Positions 1 to 13,500 of a stretch of 64,000 bases of DNA are shown one piece after another. Location of the stretch: contig OZ374564.1 in the NCBI GenBank assembly GCA_977862235.1, forward strand, positions 1,922,001 to 1,986,000, read 5' to 3'. Position numbers and translations under genes: made by a program. Under the pieces are notes generated by a model, which was given only the letters and a program-made list of their open reading frames with translations, did no database searches and had not been told where the DNA came from. Positions within the stretch are counted from its first letter, which is position 1, and every line of letters begins with the position of its first letter. The DNA is from Dudresnaya verticillata (Eukaryota).

Positions 1-169
1 TCCGACTGGTGCACCCTTGATTTCGGAAAACGCAAGGGGGTACGCGTAAGGGCGCCGCCATCCCCGCCTCACGGCGTTCCACCTCTCGTGAGTGTGGACT
101 CGCCCGGGGATCGGTGAAATACCGTTACGGAACCCCCATTGGCTTTTCAGACCAATGATCCTATATGTG

Positions 170-3100
170 TTATGCACCAAAAAGATTATAAGATTCAAAT
201 TACCGTGGGACGGACAGATAGCGTGATGCTTCCTGTAACCTGCGTATTGGAATCTGGCGCGGGGCCAAATCTCAAGTAGTGCCAGGCGACTTCCCCGTCA
301 ATGGCTACCCCTCATTCGCCCCGCCACCAGTCCTCCGCTACGGGATGCATCTAATCGCGCTATCCGCCCCTTGGTCAGATGCAACTTTTCGTCCGCATCG
401 GAGAGCTCCGTGCTCGCGTCCACTTCCTCGTGGTCGCGAACTTAGCTGCTCCGTGTATCTTGGGGACTACCTTCATCGACCGCTATGTAAAGGCCATCCT
501 TCCCCCGTTACGGAAAGTTGTTTTTCACCATTACCCCCCGGTATCCCCTGTTGGTCAAGCCAAAATTCCGAAGACGGGTACCGCCGCAACCCTACAGCCC
601 TCATCTTTATCCACCGCTACGTTTTCTCAGAAAATTCGTTTAGGAAGATCTACCCCTATTTCCCCTATGACTCAATCCTCCGTAACGGTTAATACCCCAC
701 GGGTGGGTTATGTTTTCTACAAAATCATCCTAAGCCGGCTTTTAAGCACCTGACGTTAATGGCTAATGATATTATGGATGTTGTACCTAACAAACCGTTT
801 CGGATCTGGGTCTCTAATTTTTCTAACAAGCCGGTACGGTTGCCCAAATCCACTGCCGTGGGCCTCGCTACTGCTGTCCCTTCTTCTATTTTTACCGTTG
901 ACGGTATACCTCCATCTAAGGAGGGGGAGGAATTATTCAATCATTTAATTCTAACCTTACCTCCTAAAAGGCCAGCAGCATCTCCCCTCACGGCAATGAA
1001 GTAAGCAAACCCGTAACGGAAACTACAAATACTACCGACTGGAAGGATCAAGTCCAGATCGTTACAGAAGAAGCATCGCTCCGTAAACGGATTTTGACCG
1101 TACTCGAAGAATACAAGTCGATGTGGAGTGGCGCTCTTGGCAACATTGCAGCTGCCAAGCACCGCATCGAGTTAACTCCCGGAGCTAAGCCAGTATATCA
1201 GGCCCCATAATGTGCCGGACATAAGCAGCGAGACCTCTAAAAGACAGAGATCGATCGCATGCTTTCCGCTAAGGTAATTGAGCCAGCCTCATCGGAGTGG
1301 GCTAGTCCCGTGGTTTTCGTTCCAAAAAAGGACGGCACCATCCGGTTCTGTGTTTACTATAGAAGGCTCAATTCCGCAACGTTTAGGGACTCATATCCAT
1401 TGCCCCGGATGGATCAGTGCATAGATTCCCTTGGGGAAGCTACTGTATTTACCACTCTGCATTGCAATAGCGGGTATTGGCAAGTTGAGATTCCGGAAGA
1501 GGAAAGGGACAAAACTACCTTCACTAGCCATTTTGGCTTATAACATTTTCGGAGAATGCCATTCGGATTGAGGAACGCACCGGCAACCTTCCAACGGACA
1601 GTGGATATAATATTTTCTACGGTTAAATGGCAATTTGCCTTCGTCTACCTAGACGATGTAATTGTCTACTCAAAAACCGTTACGGAACATTTCCACCACC
1701 TGAAGGAAGTCCTTACGCTTTTACGATCTGCTGGGGTAACGTTGAAGTTGTCAAAGTGTGACTTCTTCAACGCGTCTGTACAATACCTGGGGCATGTTAT
1801 GCGTCCTGGAAAATTAGAAGTGGATAATCTGAATATCCAACTACTTAAGGTTGCGAAGCCACCGACTAACCAAACGGAATTGCGATCCTTCTTGGGAATG
1901 TGCAACGTGTATCGTCGCTTTGCACCCAACTTCGCCCGGATTTCAGCTCCGCTGAATACGAAAACCGGCAAGGGCTCACCCTTTGAGTTTGGTATATTGT
2001 CCGATACGGAATATGAAGCCTTCGAGGAATTGAAGAGAAGCCTTATCTCTTCACCTATATTGGCTCTACCCCGTCACGGATATAAATATACGTTGGACAC
2101 TGACGTATGTGACCATCAAGTCGGCTGTTTCCTTCTGCAGGAACAACCGAATGCCGATCACCTCCCTATTGGATACTGGAGCCGAAGCCCCACCGATGCG
2201 GAGAAAAATTATACTACAACCGAAAAGGAGTGCTTAGCCGTGGTCTAGAGCATGTTGACGCTTCGACCATACCTTTACGGTGACAAGTTTATTCTCCAAA
2301 CGGATCACGATGCTCTGCGATGGATCCTGAACCTCGCAGACTCATCTGGCCGCCTGGTCAGGTGGAGGCTCCACCTACTGGAATTTGAATTTGAGGTGCA
2401 ATACCGTCTAGGAATTAAGCATCAAATAGCCAATGGGATGTCGCGACTCCGAACGGATGGCGGTGGTGATAGACCTTTGGATGAAGAGATATCTTGCTTT
2501 GTCGCCAAAAATACCGTCGGCGGATTATATGAGCATGGAGTTTATTTAACCGATTGGGCCACATCAGAAGAAACCGCTACCGAAAATAACGTAATATGAA
2601 CCGTGGAGCCCGCCAGTGGAAGTGCATCCGCCTCCCCTGACAAGCCCGACGCAATACCGTCACGGTTTACTGTAATCCAAGAATCCGACGTTAAGGATGA
2701 GACAATAACCAGGGAGGCGTTCCTCGAAGCGCAAGCCCGGGACCCTTTCTGCCGTCTCAAAGTCGATACGGTAGGCTCCACTGGATCACAATTTGACTAT
2801 GACCGTAACGGACTCTTGGTACGCAAGTCCCAATTGGATGGTGCTCTGTAGAAGGTGGTGCCAAGCGAACTCCGTGGACGGGTATTGTATTTATCCCACT
2901 ACACCCTGATGTCGGGTCGCTCAGGCGCAATTAAAATGTATTATACACTCCGACAGGATTATTATTGGCCTCATATGGTCAACGATGTATTTCATTCCGT
3001 TCGGAAATGTCGTTCCTGCGTGAAGACGAAAGGAACCCGCTTTTGGAATAAAAGGTTTATGAAACGCTTCCCTGCTATCGGACCTTTGGCATTTGTCACT

Positions 3101-4378
3101 ATCGACATCCTCGGGCCACTTCCGAAGACAAAACGGAGTTACATCTATGTTTTGGTAAATACCGATCGGTTCTCTAAGCTGACGCGCTGCATTACGTTAC
3201 GGACAACAACAGCCGTTGTGGTGGCTAACGCCTTCTTGGACTTTTGGGTGTACGCCTATGGCGCACCCCAATTTTCCCTAACCGATAACGGACCGCAGTT
3301 TACTGCTAAGTTCTTTGATGAAGTGTGTTCCTTACTCGGCGTCAGGCATCTACTCACCGCTGCCTACCATCCGCAGAGAAATGGGCAAGCTGAGTGATTT
3401 AATAAGACAATCGCCCAGCGTTTGCGCCATTACGTTGAGGATCATCACTCCGATTGGGATTTGTACCTGCAACCGTTGATGGATGCGTACAACTTGCAGG
3501 TACACCGTATTACGGAAACAACGCCATTTGATTTGGTGCTGACACGCCACCTATCGGACATTGTTGTACGAGGGGCTCCTGTCGAGCATCAAAAAACCGT
3601 TACGGAAGGGCGTATGACCCCGGTGCTGCAGAAGCGGAGCACGATGCGCCGTTTACGGTATGCGCTCCAGACAGCGCGCACGAAGCAGACAGTGGCCCAG
3701 CAAAAATCCAAGGAACTGTTTGACCGTAAGGTGCGCTTTAGGCCCATAATCCGTAGCGGAGACCACGTGTATGTCTACCGGCCGCCCCATAACTTGCGGC
3801 CTGCCGAACGCCGTGAACGGGAACGATTGGAAGGTACACCGGATGATGTGGAAGAGGTGGCTCAGGAAATGAAGAAACGCCTTCCGAGAGCCACGGGGCC
3901 TTATGAAGTGGAATCCGCAACGGACCATGTGGTTACAATCCGCAAGGAAGGGGTATTGATCCCAGTAAGTATCGATCGCATCACGAAGGTTCCGATCGGA
4001 GTGGCGGTTCAGCCGGCACCCTTAACAGTGCCGCCTGTCACGCCATCAACCGTTTACGGAGAAGTAGTGCCACATCCAGAAGGTACTACAGTAGCTCCTA
4101 CACCTTCAGCGGGCATTACACCCTCCGTAGCAGAACCCCTACAAGCCGGTACGGAATATTTGATCGCCAAGATTGTCCGTCACCGCGACGAACATACAGG
4201 GATGACATATAAGGTCCGTTGGTATGGTTACCCTCCGGATCAGGACACTTTTGAACCCGCTGAGGAGTTGCCGCAAAATTTCATCTACCAGTATTGGAAG
4301 TATTGGAAGCAAAAGAAAAAGACATCCGCTAAGGGTAAGCTACGGCGACGTGCTAATCCAAAACGTCGCTCATCGTAA
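170..4378 (+). pseudogene. pol: pol of element A (protease, RT, RNase H, integrase, GPY, chromodomain), multiple stops/frameshifts
   Basis: WASPVVFVPKKDG, MPFGLRNAPATFQR, YLDD, EKECLAVV, TDNGPQF, YHPQRNGQAE, GPY, EYLIAKIVRH...YKVRWYGY...DTFEP; start approximate. Confidence 0.95.
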
Positions 4379-4453
4379 CGAACAACTGGAGTGCTAGTGT
4401 GTGGTAACACACAATGTTTATCGCAAGCTAATATCGGGGTATACTTGAAACCG

Positions 4454-7290
4454 TTAAGGAGATCGTCTAACTGTAACTCTAAGAGGCACGGCGACGCCGC
4501 TTCGGAGCAGGGGCAACTGTATCTTCCTCGTTGCCCCTTGACCAGTTCGTAAGTCGGGTTCTCCAGTCGGATAGGATTGGAATGCGCGGTGCGTATTATC
4601 TCCCAAGACGCGAATCGCATTGTCCATTCGCCGACGCTGACGATGGACCACTGCGCTGAGATGAATCACGTTCTCCATCAGTCCCTCCGCTAAGGTTAGC
4701 GCCTCCTGAACAGATCGTGGCAATGGGAAGCGCTGTGTACGGAAAATACCCCGTAGCACCTGTAACCCGCTTTCCGTAGCGGCTGAGTGAGCTGGAACCG
4801 TAACGGTGGAATCTTCATCTTCTTGAAACTCTACCTTCGGGGATATCGACGGCTTATCCCTAAGCCCGGCTTCGATTGAGTGCTCCGTTGAGGAAACCAC
4901 CAATACAGATGGTCCTGAATCGGGTCAAGGTACTTCCTTCCGCGGAGGTGGATTCTTGTCCTTCTCCGGAGAGGCGATATCGCTTTTCTGTAACGGTTCA
5001 GGACTTAACGAGGGGGCCAAAGGCTTGTCACCAATTTTACCGGCACTTGGGCGTATTGGCGCCACTTCCGGTATGGTGATCGGTGCCTCACTCACCACTG
5101 GTGTGGGCGCGGGTGCCAACAGAGAAGCACTTAGCGGGAGCGGTTCGGTGGTTGCAGGCATTTTCTTCGCAGAAGAAGGTGCCGCTGGCACCGTACCCGG
5201 CGCTACTTCCCAAACGGTCTGCTCCTTCGGAGCCCCCTTCTTGTATGGTGCCGCGGGCTTGGGCACCGCCACAGTAGGCGCAACCACATCTATGGGTGTC
5301 GGGGCCTTATCCGATTCCTGAGTAGTAGTCTTACGATCTACATCGCGCGATGTGGGTGTAGCGACCACCGGAAGGACTGGAGCGGCTATTTTCTCAATAT
5401 CCTCTGCCATGGGTTCGACGGGCATGACCTCCTCCTGCTCTTAGGGGCCAGCTTCTTGCGGCCTCACCGTGACGGAATCGCGTGGGTCGATTGCACGCGA
5501 ACGCCCCGCTGTCTCCTGCCAGCTCCCCCAATCTTCGGCCCCGTCAAAACCTTCACGGTACGCATCCCTTGGTGCTTGGCGAGGCTCATAACCCCGATGG
5601 GCCTGCACCTTTAAGGCCAACCATTCCGGACGGGGATCTTCTCGATGAAGGAAATATTGCTCACCCACTCCGGGCCTATGCGAGGGCACCGATAGGAAAC
5701 GGTCCTCATCCCAACTATACCCAAGAAGTCCGGAGTGCGTTGCCAATCCTGCTCTCCGTGTAAGGATAAAAGACGCTCAACCCGATGGAGAGGATACGCC
5801 GACCCCGTCACCGAATCGGCTACGCCCACTTGGCTAATTAGGGTGATCACCGTCACGGGAAGTTGAAAGATACGGCCAAAGTCTCCTCCGGGTAGGTCAG
5901 CTTCGTCACGCGGGAAGCAGGGCCAGTCGAATAACGTGGTATTATACCGCACTCCGTAGGAGGCAACCTGGAGCCACGAAATTAGCACCAGCATTGCCCA
6001 CTCCGATCGGAAGATGCGCCAAAGCACGTCGAGCTGATCTTGGTTCGGGGGACGCTCTCCGTTCGGATGTTCGCGATTCCACTACCGCTCAGTGAGCAGA
6101 TTCGCGGAGAAGTACGCCCCCACAGAAGGCGTGGGCACGGATAACCAACGGGTTACCTCGTAGCTATCCCACAACGAGGGAGCTGTGAGGTAGAGCTCAC
6201 GTCGCATCCGATACGGAAGGTGGAAGAACTCTTTGGTATTCCATGTGTGCAAGATGGGCACACCGACATGCATTCCGTCTCTGTAGCGCGTCCGCAATCG
6301 GTGTTCCGTTGCCACGTCGTCTTTCCACCCGTCGGCATAGCGGAACCAATACACCGATTGGTCATACGGTGGGTCGAAGCAGATGAACTGCAACCCGATC
6401 GGTGCACCCCGTAGACGGAACGCCGTGGCCAACAAGCGGCTCACCTTCGCCGTATACCCAACTTCCCGTGGCAACGGTACCCCAACAAATCCGAAACGGT
6501 AGTGGTGCGTTCTTGGCAGTAGCTATGTATCCATCGGCTTTCCCACACATACGCAGGGATTACTGGCGGGAATTGGGAACGAAACCAATTCTCTGGTTTA
6601 CTTTGAAGGGCTGCTCCGAAACGGCTTGCACAGTATCATCGCGCTTCCAAAATGGTTGGGTAATTATCGATGAAGTACGACACTGTCATCGGCGGTGTCA
6701 CCTTCGCCCGTTCCGCATCGGATCTCGCCGGGCGCCCAGCACGGTGATCGAAATGGTGCCCTGGCCAGTATCCACTTGGGACAGGGCCCTCACCCCTACG
6801 GGTACGCGCCATCGACATCCAAGGGCTTGAGGCCGGCGTAGTGCTTCGAGCTGGCACATGCGACTGTCTCGGAGTGTTGCCAGCAGGATGTGGGCTCGCA
6901 CCCATGCTCCGCATCGGCGTGGAGACTGGGATCGATGGCGTCCGTAACGGAATGGATGGTAGGTCCGCCAAGTTGAGCTCCTCAACACCACGTCGGACCT
7001 CCTCATCATCATCCTTGGTCGAATCTTCTCCGTCACAGTGGGTAGCTGTATTCCCTAACCGGGCGCTCCTTGTGGCTGCGCCAGCAGCAAACCGATTCGG
7101 ATCGTAGACAGACCAGCCACGGCCCGCTGATAGTGCCTGTGACGGTCCCGCTGCGGTAACGTCCGCGCGACCATGCGTCGTGCGTGGTGCCGCAACCGCA
7201 GAGGAAGAGGCCTGCGCTTGAGGCGAAGCATCCGTAACGGTAGGCGCGCCCGGTGCTCTCGTCGTCGAGCTCGCTCGGATACGCCGCATC
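4454..7290 (-). pseudogene. antisense accessory ORF of element A, fragmented, unknown function
   Basis: Fragments align by eye with antisense ORF of element C (EVGY; PSLWDSYEV~PPMWRDFEV; WRIFRSEW~WIVFFTEW), followed by Pro/Ala-rich tail; ends approximate. Confidence 0.7.
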
Positions 7291-7467
7291 GGTTGAAAGG
7301 GGTAGGGAGAGCGCTTGCTCTTCTCCCCTGCTATATTGGAAGAAGGCGCACGAAGGAGAAGGAAAAGTGAAGGGCGGTAGCCGTATCGGTTGTGTGTGTG
7401 GGTTTGGAAGCGATGGCAATCCGTGACGGTGGGCCCCGAGGACGTGGCGCCATTTAAGAAGGGGGTC

Positions 7468-8153
7468 TGTGGTGAAGTGAACCGTGACGCGCGTGCGGCG
7501 CGCCGACGGCGAGCCAGCAGTAACGGGTGATGTGGCAATACGCCACGCTGATGATCTGGCAACGTGTAACCGTGTCGGGTGTGTGCGCATCACTGTACAC
7601 TGGTACGCATCGCTGTACTGTAAGTAGAGCGCACCAACCGTAGCGGAGTATTTGTAGTTTTTATTCCTTATTCTTAGTGAGTATCTGTACACTGTGTAGA
7701 GTAGCGCGCCAGCCAATGAGAATGCTGCGCTATGTGTCGGAGATTGGGACCAGCAGGGCCGATTCCACCATAGGACCAGACAACTAGGGTCTGGCCCCCA
7801 CGGACCGGACCGCTCGGTGCCACCCTGACTTGTATATCAGGTCGGCACCGCAGCGGCTCCTAGGGTAAACGGGCAAGCACCCCTTGAGCGTCAATACCAG
7901 TGTAGCTCTTTCGTTTACGGTTTTCCCCGCGCCGAGCCCGTTGCGGTCTACCACCACCACTGTTACGGAGTCCGTCCAGGCACTTGTACCACCCCTTTGT
8001 CTGTTGCTTCCCATTATCCGTTTCGGTTAGCCGGTCGCTGATCTCCCGTCTCGGTGCGAACTGCTCTACCACCCGTGGAGGTAGTGTCGCTCTCATCCCG
8101 TGTAGGAACGTTAGGCCAGCTGTACGTTACGGGGTTCGTGGGTTTTCACTACA
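7468..8153 (+). repeat. 3' LTR of element A (~686 bp)
   Basis: Follows purine tract 7454-7465; terminal inverted repeats 8/9 match; partner LTR outside window. Confidence 0.7.
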
Positions 8154-8634
8154 CCACACGCTCGTTAGCGTCACCGCCGCTAACCACGTTGTCTACGCGT
8201 CAATTTCCGTCTTTGACGTGTATCCCCATTGGTTTCTTCTCCGAGAATCTCGGTGGTTCTTCACCCCCAGCGCTGAATTGAGCGAGCAGGTGATGTACTC
8301 TCCAGCAAGATCTTAAGATACTCTCGAGCAAGATCTTAAGATCTTGCTGGAGAGTACATCACCTCTGTTAGCATGGGCTATGCGTCGGACTACCACACAC
8401 TCCTCGACTCCGTCGTGGACGCGTGTTTTCCTCTTTTACCGCTTTTTCCGTCAGTACGACGCTTCCATTTTCCATTTATACCGCCTCGGGCGTTTGCAGT
8501 CCGCCCTTTTCGTGTTATCAGTCTAGTCTCTACCCCCATCTACAGCCCTTGGCACTCATCCGCCAGAGGCATGCTACCGGCCAGGCTACGAACGGCCCGG
8601 ACAGAGTTTTCCGTCATAGACGTTTTGCACTACA
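8154..8634 (+). repeat. 3' remainder of an older LTR, probably interrupted by element A
   Basis: Contains family motif CCGCCTCGGGCGTTTGCAGTCCGCCC and ends GACGTTTTGCACTACA like the LTRs ending at 32043 and 54262. Confidence 0.75.
8288..8364. repeat. perfect 32-bp inverted repeat with 13-bp spacer
   Basis: AGGTGATGTACTCTCCAGCAAGATCTTAAGAT (8288-8319) and exact reverse complement (8333-8364). Confidence 0.95.
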
Positions 8635-9030
8635 GGTTTCGGTCGGTCGACTGCCGAGTGAAGCTTTGTGAATTCCGTTGGAGATCGTAAGAACACTAAG
8701 CTGAGGGTTGCCGTCCGCGTCGAGCGGTGCACGTGAGAATTGTAGGAGTACGTCAACGCAGAGAGGTATCGATCCCAATCGTTTTGGTGATCGTTGACGT
8801 AGTTCCGCAACATGGCCATGACGGTCCGGTTGCATCATTTAGCCTGCCCCTTCAACTGGGGTGGTACGCAGAGTTTAACACATTTTCCAAACCCAAATAC
8901 CGGCAGACGGCTTGGAAGAACTTCGATGTGAACTGCTTTTCGTTGTTGGAAATCAATTAAAATTGCTGCAATTGTCCTTCAGGACCTACGGGCCCGTAGT
9001 GGAAGACCCACTGTTCACAGAAGACCTCTT
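8635..9030 (-). pseudogene. gypsy integrase fragment
   Basis: AMLRNYVNDHQNDWDRYLSALTYSYNSHVHRST; YHP and QFTSKFFQ remnants. Confidence 0.85.
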
Positions 9031-9033
9031 CTA

Positions 9034-9780
9034 TGTGGTAAGCCGCAATGGTGCGTGTAGTGTAGCTGTCAGCACACCATCAGCAGCGGCTGTAAGGTAT
9101 ACTGATAGCCCCGCACTGTAATGGTACACACGATGACGCCCGCTGGCGAGTCGTGGTTGGGCAGCGTGCCCTTAGTTTTTTCGTTGATTTAGTAGTAGCG
9201 GTCGACCGCATTGCTGTCGGCAGCAGCCACGCGCCGTGCCGCACATGGCGCGCCCCAATGACGCTCTCCGGCATCGAGCCGTTGAGAGGGACGCTGCCCG
9301 TTACGCCCCACGGGCGCCCACGGGTAGCCGTTACCCGGACGTGTCGACACGTGTATGGGCGCGCGCTCGCACACTTCCCGCGTTGGTGTTGTGGGGCGCA
9401 CCTACTGTAGAGTAGCCGTAGTGTACATAGCGTAGGGTATTTAAGGCCGTCTGCCGTCGATGGCTCAGTAAACCGGGCAAGCAACAGCTCGCGCTGAAGC
9501 TTTCCCCCATCCTCTTCGGGTTCGATCCCTTTTTCTTACGCCAGCGGGCGGTTTCCCTGTTCCCCCTTGCCTCGCTAGGCTTTTCCCCTTTCCTTTTCCT
9601 TTCCGTCGGCTTCGTGCCGCCCTTCGACAGGGACGCTGGGATCCGGCCGCTGCCTACCCGCGTACCGTAAGCCCCGTGTGCGCTCGGGCATCGACGCCGT
9701 CGATTCGCACCTGCGGGGCGCACGCGGTCGACACCGCTCTACCACACACAACAGCTACCCATCGACGGGTCTGTGTGGCG
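9034..9780 (+). repeat. LTR-like fragment
   Basis: Begins TGTGGTA; carries CAGTAAACCGGGCAAGC, a pyrimidine tract and CTCTACC shared with other LTRs here; 3' end and TSD not found. Confidence 0.55.
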
Positions 9781-9789
9781 GCTTCGGAC

Positions 9790-12700
9790 CAGCGACTGGT
9801 CCTCGAGTTGCCTTTGGCCTATCTGTCCGCTGAGGGACGGCGTGAGTGCATTTCTGTTATTTGCCCTCGCCGGCGAGGGAGATGCGATAGTACGCAAGGC
9901 AGGGGGAATCCTCGTTATGATTCGCGCATACCGTTGGCTGTTCCCAATTCCAGGATCGCCCTGCGGAGGCAGATCCGCCAATACACGTTCGCGATTATTT
10001 GGAGCTGGTGTCAGCGTAGTACTTGTCAGTTTCCTGGTGGTTCCGTGGCTCGGTCCGCTGTCTCCTGGCGCAGGAAGTGCTTCCACGTTATCCGCTTTCG
10101 CCCTTTCGTCATTGGTTGCGAGCGTGGGATCGGGAGAGGTTTCAAGACCACCCTGTCGCGGGAAATCCGTTCTTGAGTGTCGTTCCCCACGTCTAGAACG
10201 ACGGTGTCGCCTTCGGCCTTCACAACCCGATACGGTCCGTCGCTGATCGGTTCAAGCTTATGCTGGGGGGTGTCCTGAGCGTAGTAACCTTTCCTTTCGA
10301 AAACGTATGAACCGTCATTGATTGCTTCCGCGGGTATACGCACTCTTGCATTGAACCGAGGTTAAGAAGAAGTGAGAGACCCTGTTGTGACAAATGCAGT
10401 TCCAGTGTCAGTGCTTGTGATACTGACGGTGTCGCCTTCGGCCTTCACAACCCGGTACGGTCCGTCGCTGATCGGATCAAGCTTATGCTGGGGGCGTCCC
10501 GAGCGTAGTAACCTTTCCTGCCGAAAACGTATGAACCGTCATTGATTACTTCCGCGGGTATAAGCACTCTTGCATTGAAGTCTGGTTTAAAACGCGCCTG
10601 TGACTTGACGAATTCCGTACCCGCGGTTTCCATTAGCCCGCGTAACCATTCTTGCCACTTTTCGCGGTACTTCGCAGTAGACGGGAAGTTCCGTAGCGAG
10701 TGTTCGGACTCGATGGCTAACAGCGGCGGTGGTAGCGACGGGACCAATGGGAATTCGAACGTTTCGTAGTAGTGTGGACCTGCGTATTGTAGGCGTATGT
10801 GAGCGCATCACTTAATAGGTCCTAGTAACGCGGATGATCCGCAACGTAGTGACGTAGACTCGCTAGGATTGTCCTATTGAATCTCTCGACCTGCCCGTTG
10901 GTATGGGGGTGATACGTAGTCGTGAACAGGTTCTTGACATCCAGTAGCCCAAATATAGCTCGGAACAGCTTCGCAGTGAACTGCGGTCCATTGCCCGATA
11001 TTAATGTCTTTGGCGCTCCATACACAAACACCCAATGGTGTACGAACGCTTTCGCAATCTCCATCGCGCATATACTCTTGAGCGGTATCGTCCGCGTGAG
11101 CTTCGAGTAGCGGTCTACTATGACCAGTAGGAATCGATTTCCGTGTCTCCATGAGCCATCTCAATGATTAGTGGTTCGTGCGAATCGTAAAGTGCTCCAA
11201 TTGGAGGTAAGGTCTCAAAGTGGTGACAGCGCACACGACAGCGAGACAATCTTGCTCGGATACGGAGTAGTTTTCTACGCTGCTGTCAGCGACCGCGAAA
11301 ATACCCGAGTGGGCCCGTTCCCCTTCAAAGGTCATTTGAAACAGGGCACACCCCACTTGATACTGACTGGCGTCGGTGTCGGGGGAGTAGGCCAGGCCCA
11401 GCTTGGGTAATCCCAAAATTGGTGGCGCAATCACCGCTTTGATGAGCGCGCGGAACGCCGCGTCTTCTTCAACGCCTAATGGTTCTAATTTCACCGGCTG
11501 GTCCTTCTTGAACAACCTGTTAAGTGGAGCAGCCACCTGTGCGTAATCGGGGATAAACCGCCGGTAGACATTGAAGAGACCTAGAAAGGAACATAACTCC
11601 GCCTGATTAAGACGGTATTGCGCCTCGCGTGATGCTGTAACCGCGGTTTGATCGATACCGAGTTGACCGGGTCATATTACGTGCCCCAGGTAGGTGACTT
11701 TATCCGTGAAGAAGTCACATTTCTTGAGCTTCAGGGTCACCCCTGCTTTCTGTATCCTGGCGAGGATTTCCTCTACGTGTTGATAATGTGAATCGATATC
11801 CCCTGAGTAGATGATAACATCATCTAGATAAACGAGGTACGTCCTCCACTTGACTCCCGACCGGAGTATATCTAATGTGCGCTGAAATGTGGCAGACGCG
11901 TTGATGAGCCCGAATGGCATTCGACGGTAGCGGAACAGACCCGCGTGGCAGTAAACGTAGTTTTGTCACGGTCGCGGGGTGCAATGTGGATCTGCCAATA
12001 CCCCGAGTTGCAGTCCAACGCCGTGTATACCGATGCATCTCCAAGCAATTCGATGCACTCGTCCATCCGCAGAAGCGGGTACGTGTGTCGCACCGTGAGG
12101 GCGTTGAACCGTCGGTAGTCGAGGCAAAATCGCAGGGTGCTATCCTTATTCGGCGCGAACACAACTGGGGATGCCCACGGTGACTGTGTGTGTTCGATGA
12201 CCCCGGCGCGGAGCATCCGCTCGACTTCGGTTTATTGCCGCTCGCTCTGTTTCGGACGAGCTCGACATGGCGGCGACGAAAAAGGGCGCGAGCCCGGAAG
12301 CAATCGATGTAGTGTTCGGTGGTGTCAATTCACCCAATTGGCCGTCCCATATAGACGAATATTTTCCGAGGACTCCCTCACGCGTACCTGGTGCGCCACT
12401 GACAGGTCCAGAGGCCAAGGTCCTCAACCGTAGGATGTTTCTCGGGGGTTTCCCCGGCTCGTGCTTCTGTCTGCGGGAACGTCCCCGGTCCGGCGTCTTC
12501 GGCGACTTCCGTCAAACGCAGCACATCCGCGAGCTTTAGATGACTCGGGATGATTGCGGTTGGATGCGGGAGTGCCATCGCCACGACTGGCCTTTTGGCC
12601 AACGTTTGCGCCTGGCGCGAGCAGTTCGCGAGTAGAATCCGAAACGGACGCGAGGGTTCGACATCGGCAATGCCGTTCGTGGCGATTGCGCCTTGTCGCT

Positions 12701-13500
12701 CGTACGGCGCATTGCTGGGCTGGAGGCAAAACACTCCAGCCGACCCGTGGTGACAGTAACCCACGTCTGCGATTGCACAGGTAGAGTGGTCTTCAAATCC
12801 ACGCGTACTTTTTCGAGGATCCTCCTCCGGTTTTACCGAACTCTTGAGCTGCTGGTAACAGCGCGTAGCACGGAGGGCGCTTCGTCTGCCGTCGGGTTAT
12901 CGGTATCCGTGTTCTCTCGTCCAGTTCGACTTATTTAGTACCAGGGTAAATGGCCTCGACAAACCTGTCGCATAAATCGCAACCCCGGATGACTGGGGTG
13001 GCCAACCACTCACACACGATGAATTAGAGCTTAAAGACGCGGGGACCGCGGCGGACGATAAGTCCGATTGTACCTAACGTCGATATCGGCTTGTTGTTCG
13101 TGTCTGCTATCGTGGATAGGTCCACGGACGTGATTTCAGAGTTCATCTCCGGTGGACGTTCTGACTTCCAAATGAAATTGGGTCCTGCGCCCGTGTCGAG
13201 AACACTCAACGTGCGAGCGAGTAGGCCCATTCTTGCGCCGATCTCGGCATATACCTTGACGTTACGCTTCGCGAGTACGCAAACGTCTTCTGTATCTCAA
13301 TGCTGTCGCGCCCTATGCCACGGACGGTGCAAGGAAGCAGGTCTTCGCGGTTTTTCCACGTCAGAGATGTCCGTTATTGGATCGGACATCAGCGTGAATA
13401 TCCCCAGTAGGTGGCTGGGTTCCTCGCCCTGGGACCCGTCGGTCAACGAAGAATAGGAAGACTCTACAACCATGGGGCCAGTAACCCCAATTAGTTTCTC
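9790..13500 (-). pseudogene. pol: pol of element B with internal deletion and duplication
   Basis: PR 13024-13230, RT 11672-12216, RNase H 11168-11536 joined directly to integrase core 10822-11160, GPY region duplicated. Confidence 0.9.

Larger units (their letters stand above)
1..8153 (+). mobile_element. Ty3/gypsy chromovirus element A (5' part outside window, degraded)
   Basis: PR-RT-RNaseH-IN-chromodomain order, antisense ORF, purine tract TTAAGAAGGGGG then 3' LTR TGTGGTGAA...TTCACTACA. Confidence 0.9.

Noticed and set aside
6360..6380. DPPY in element A antisense ORF as a second methyltransferase
   Set aside because: Not conserved in homologs C/D and no SAM-binding motif seen
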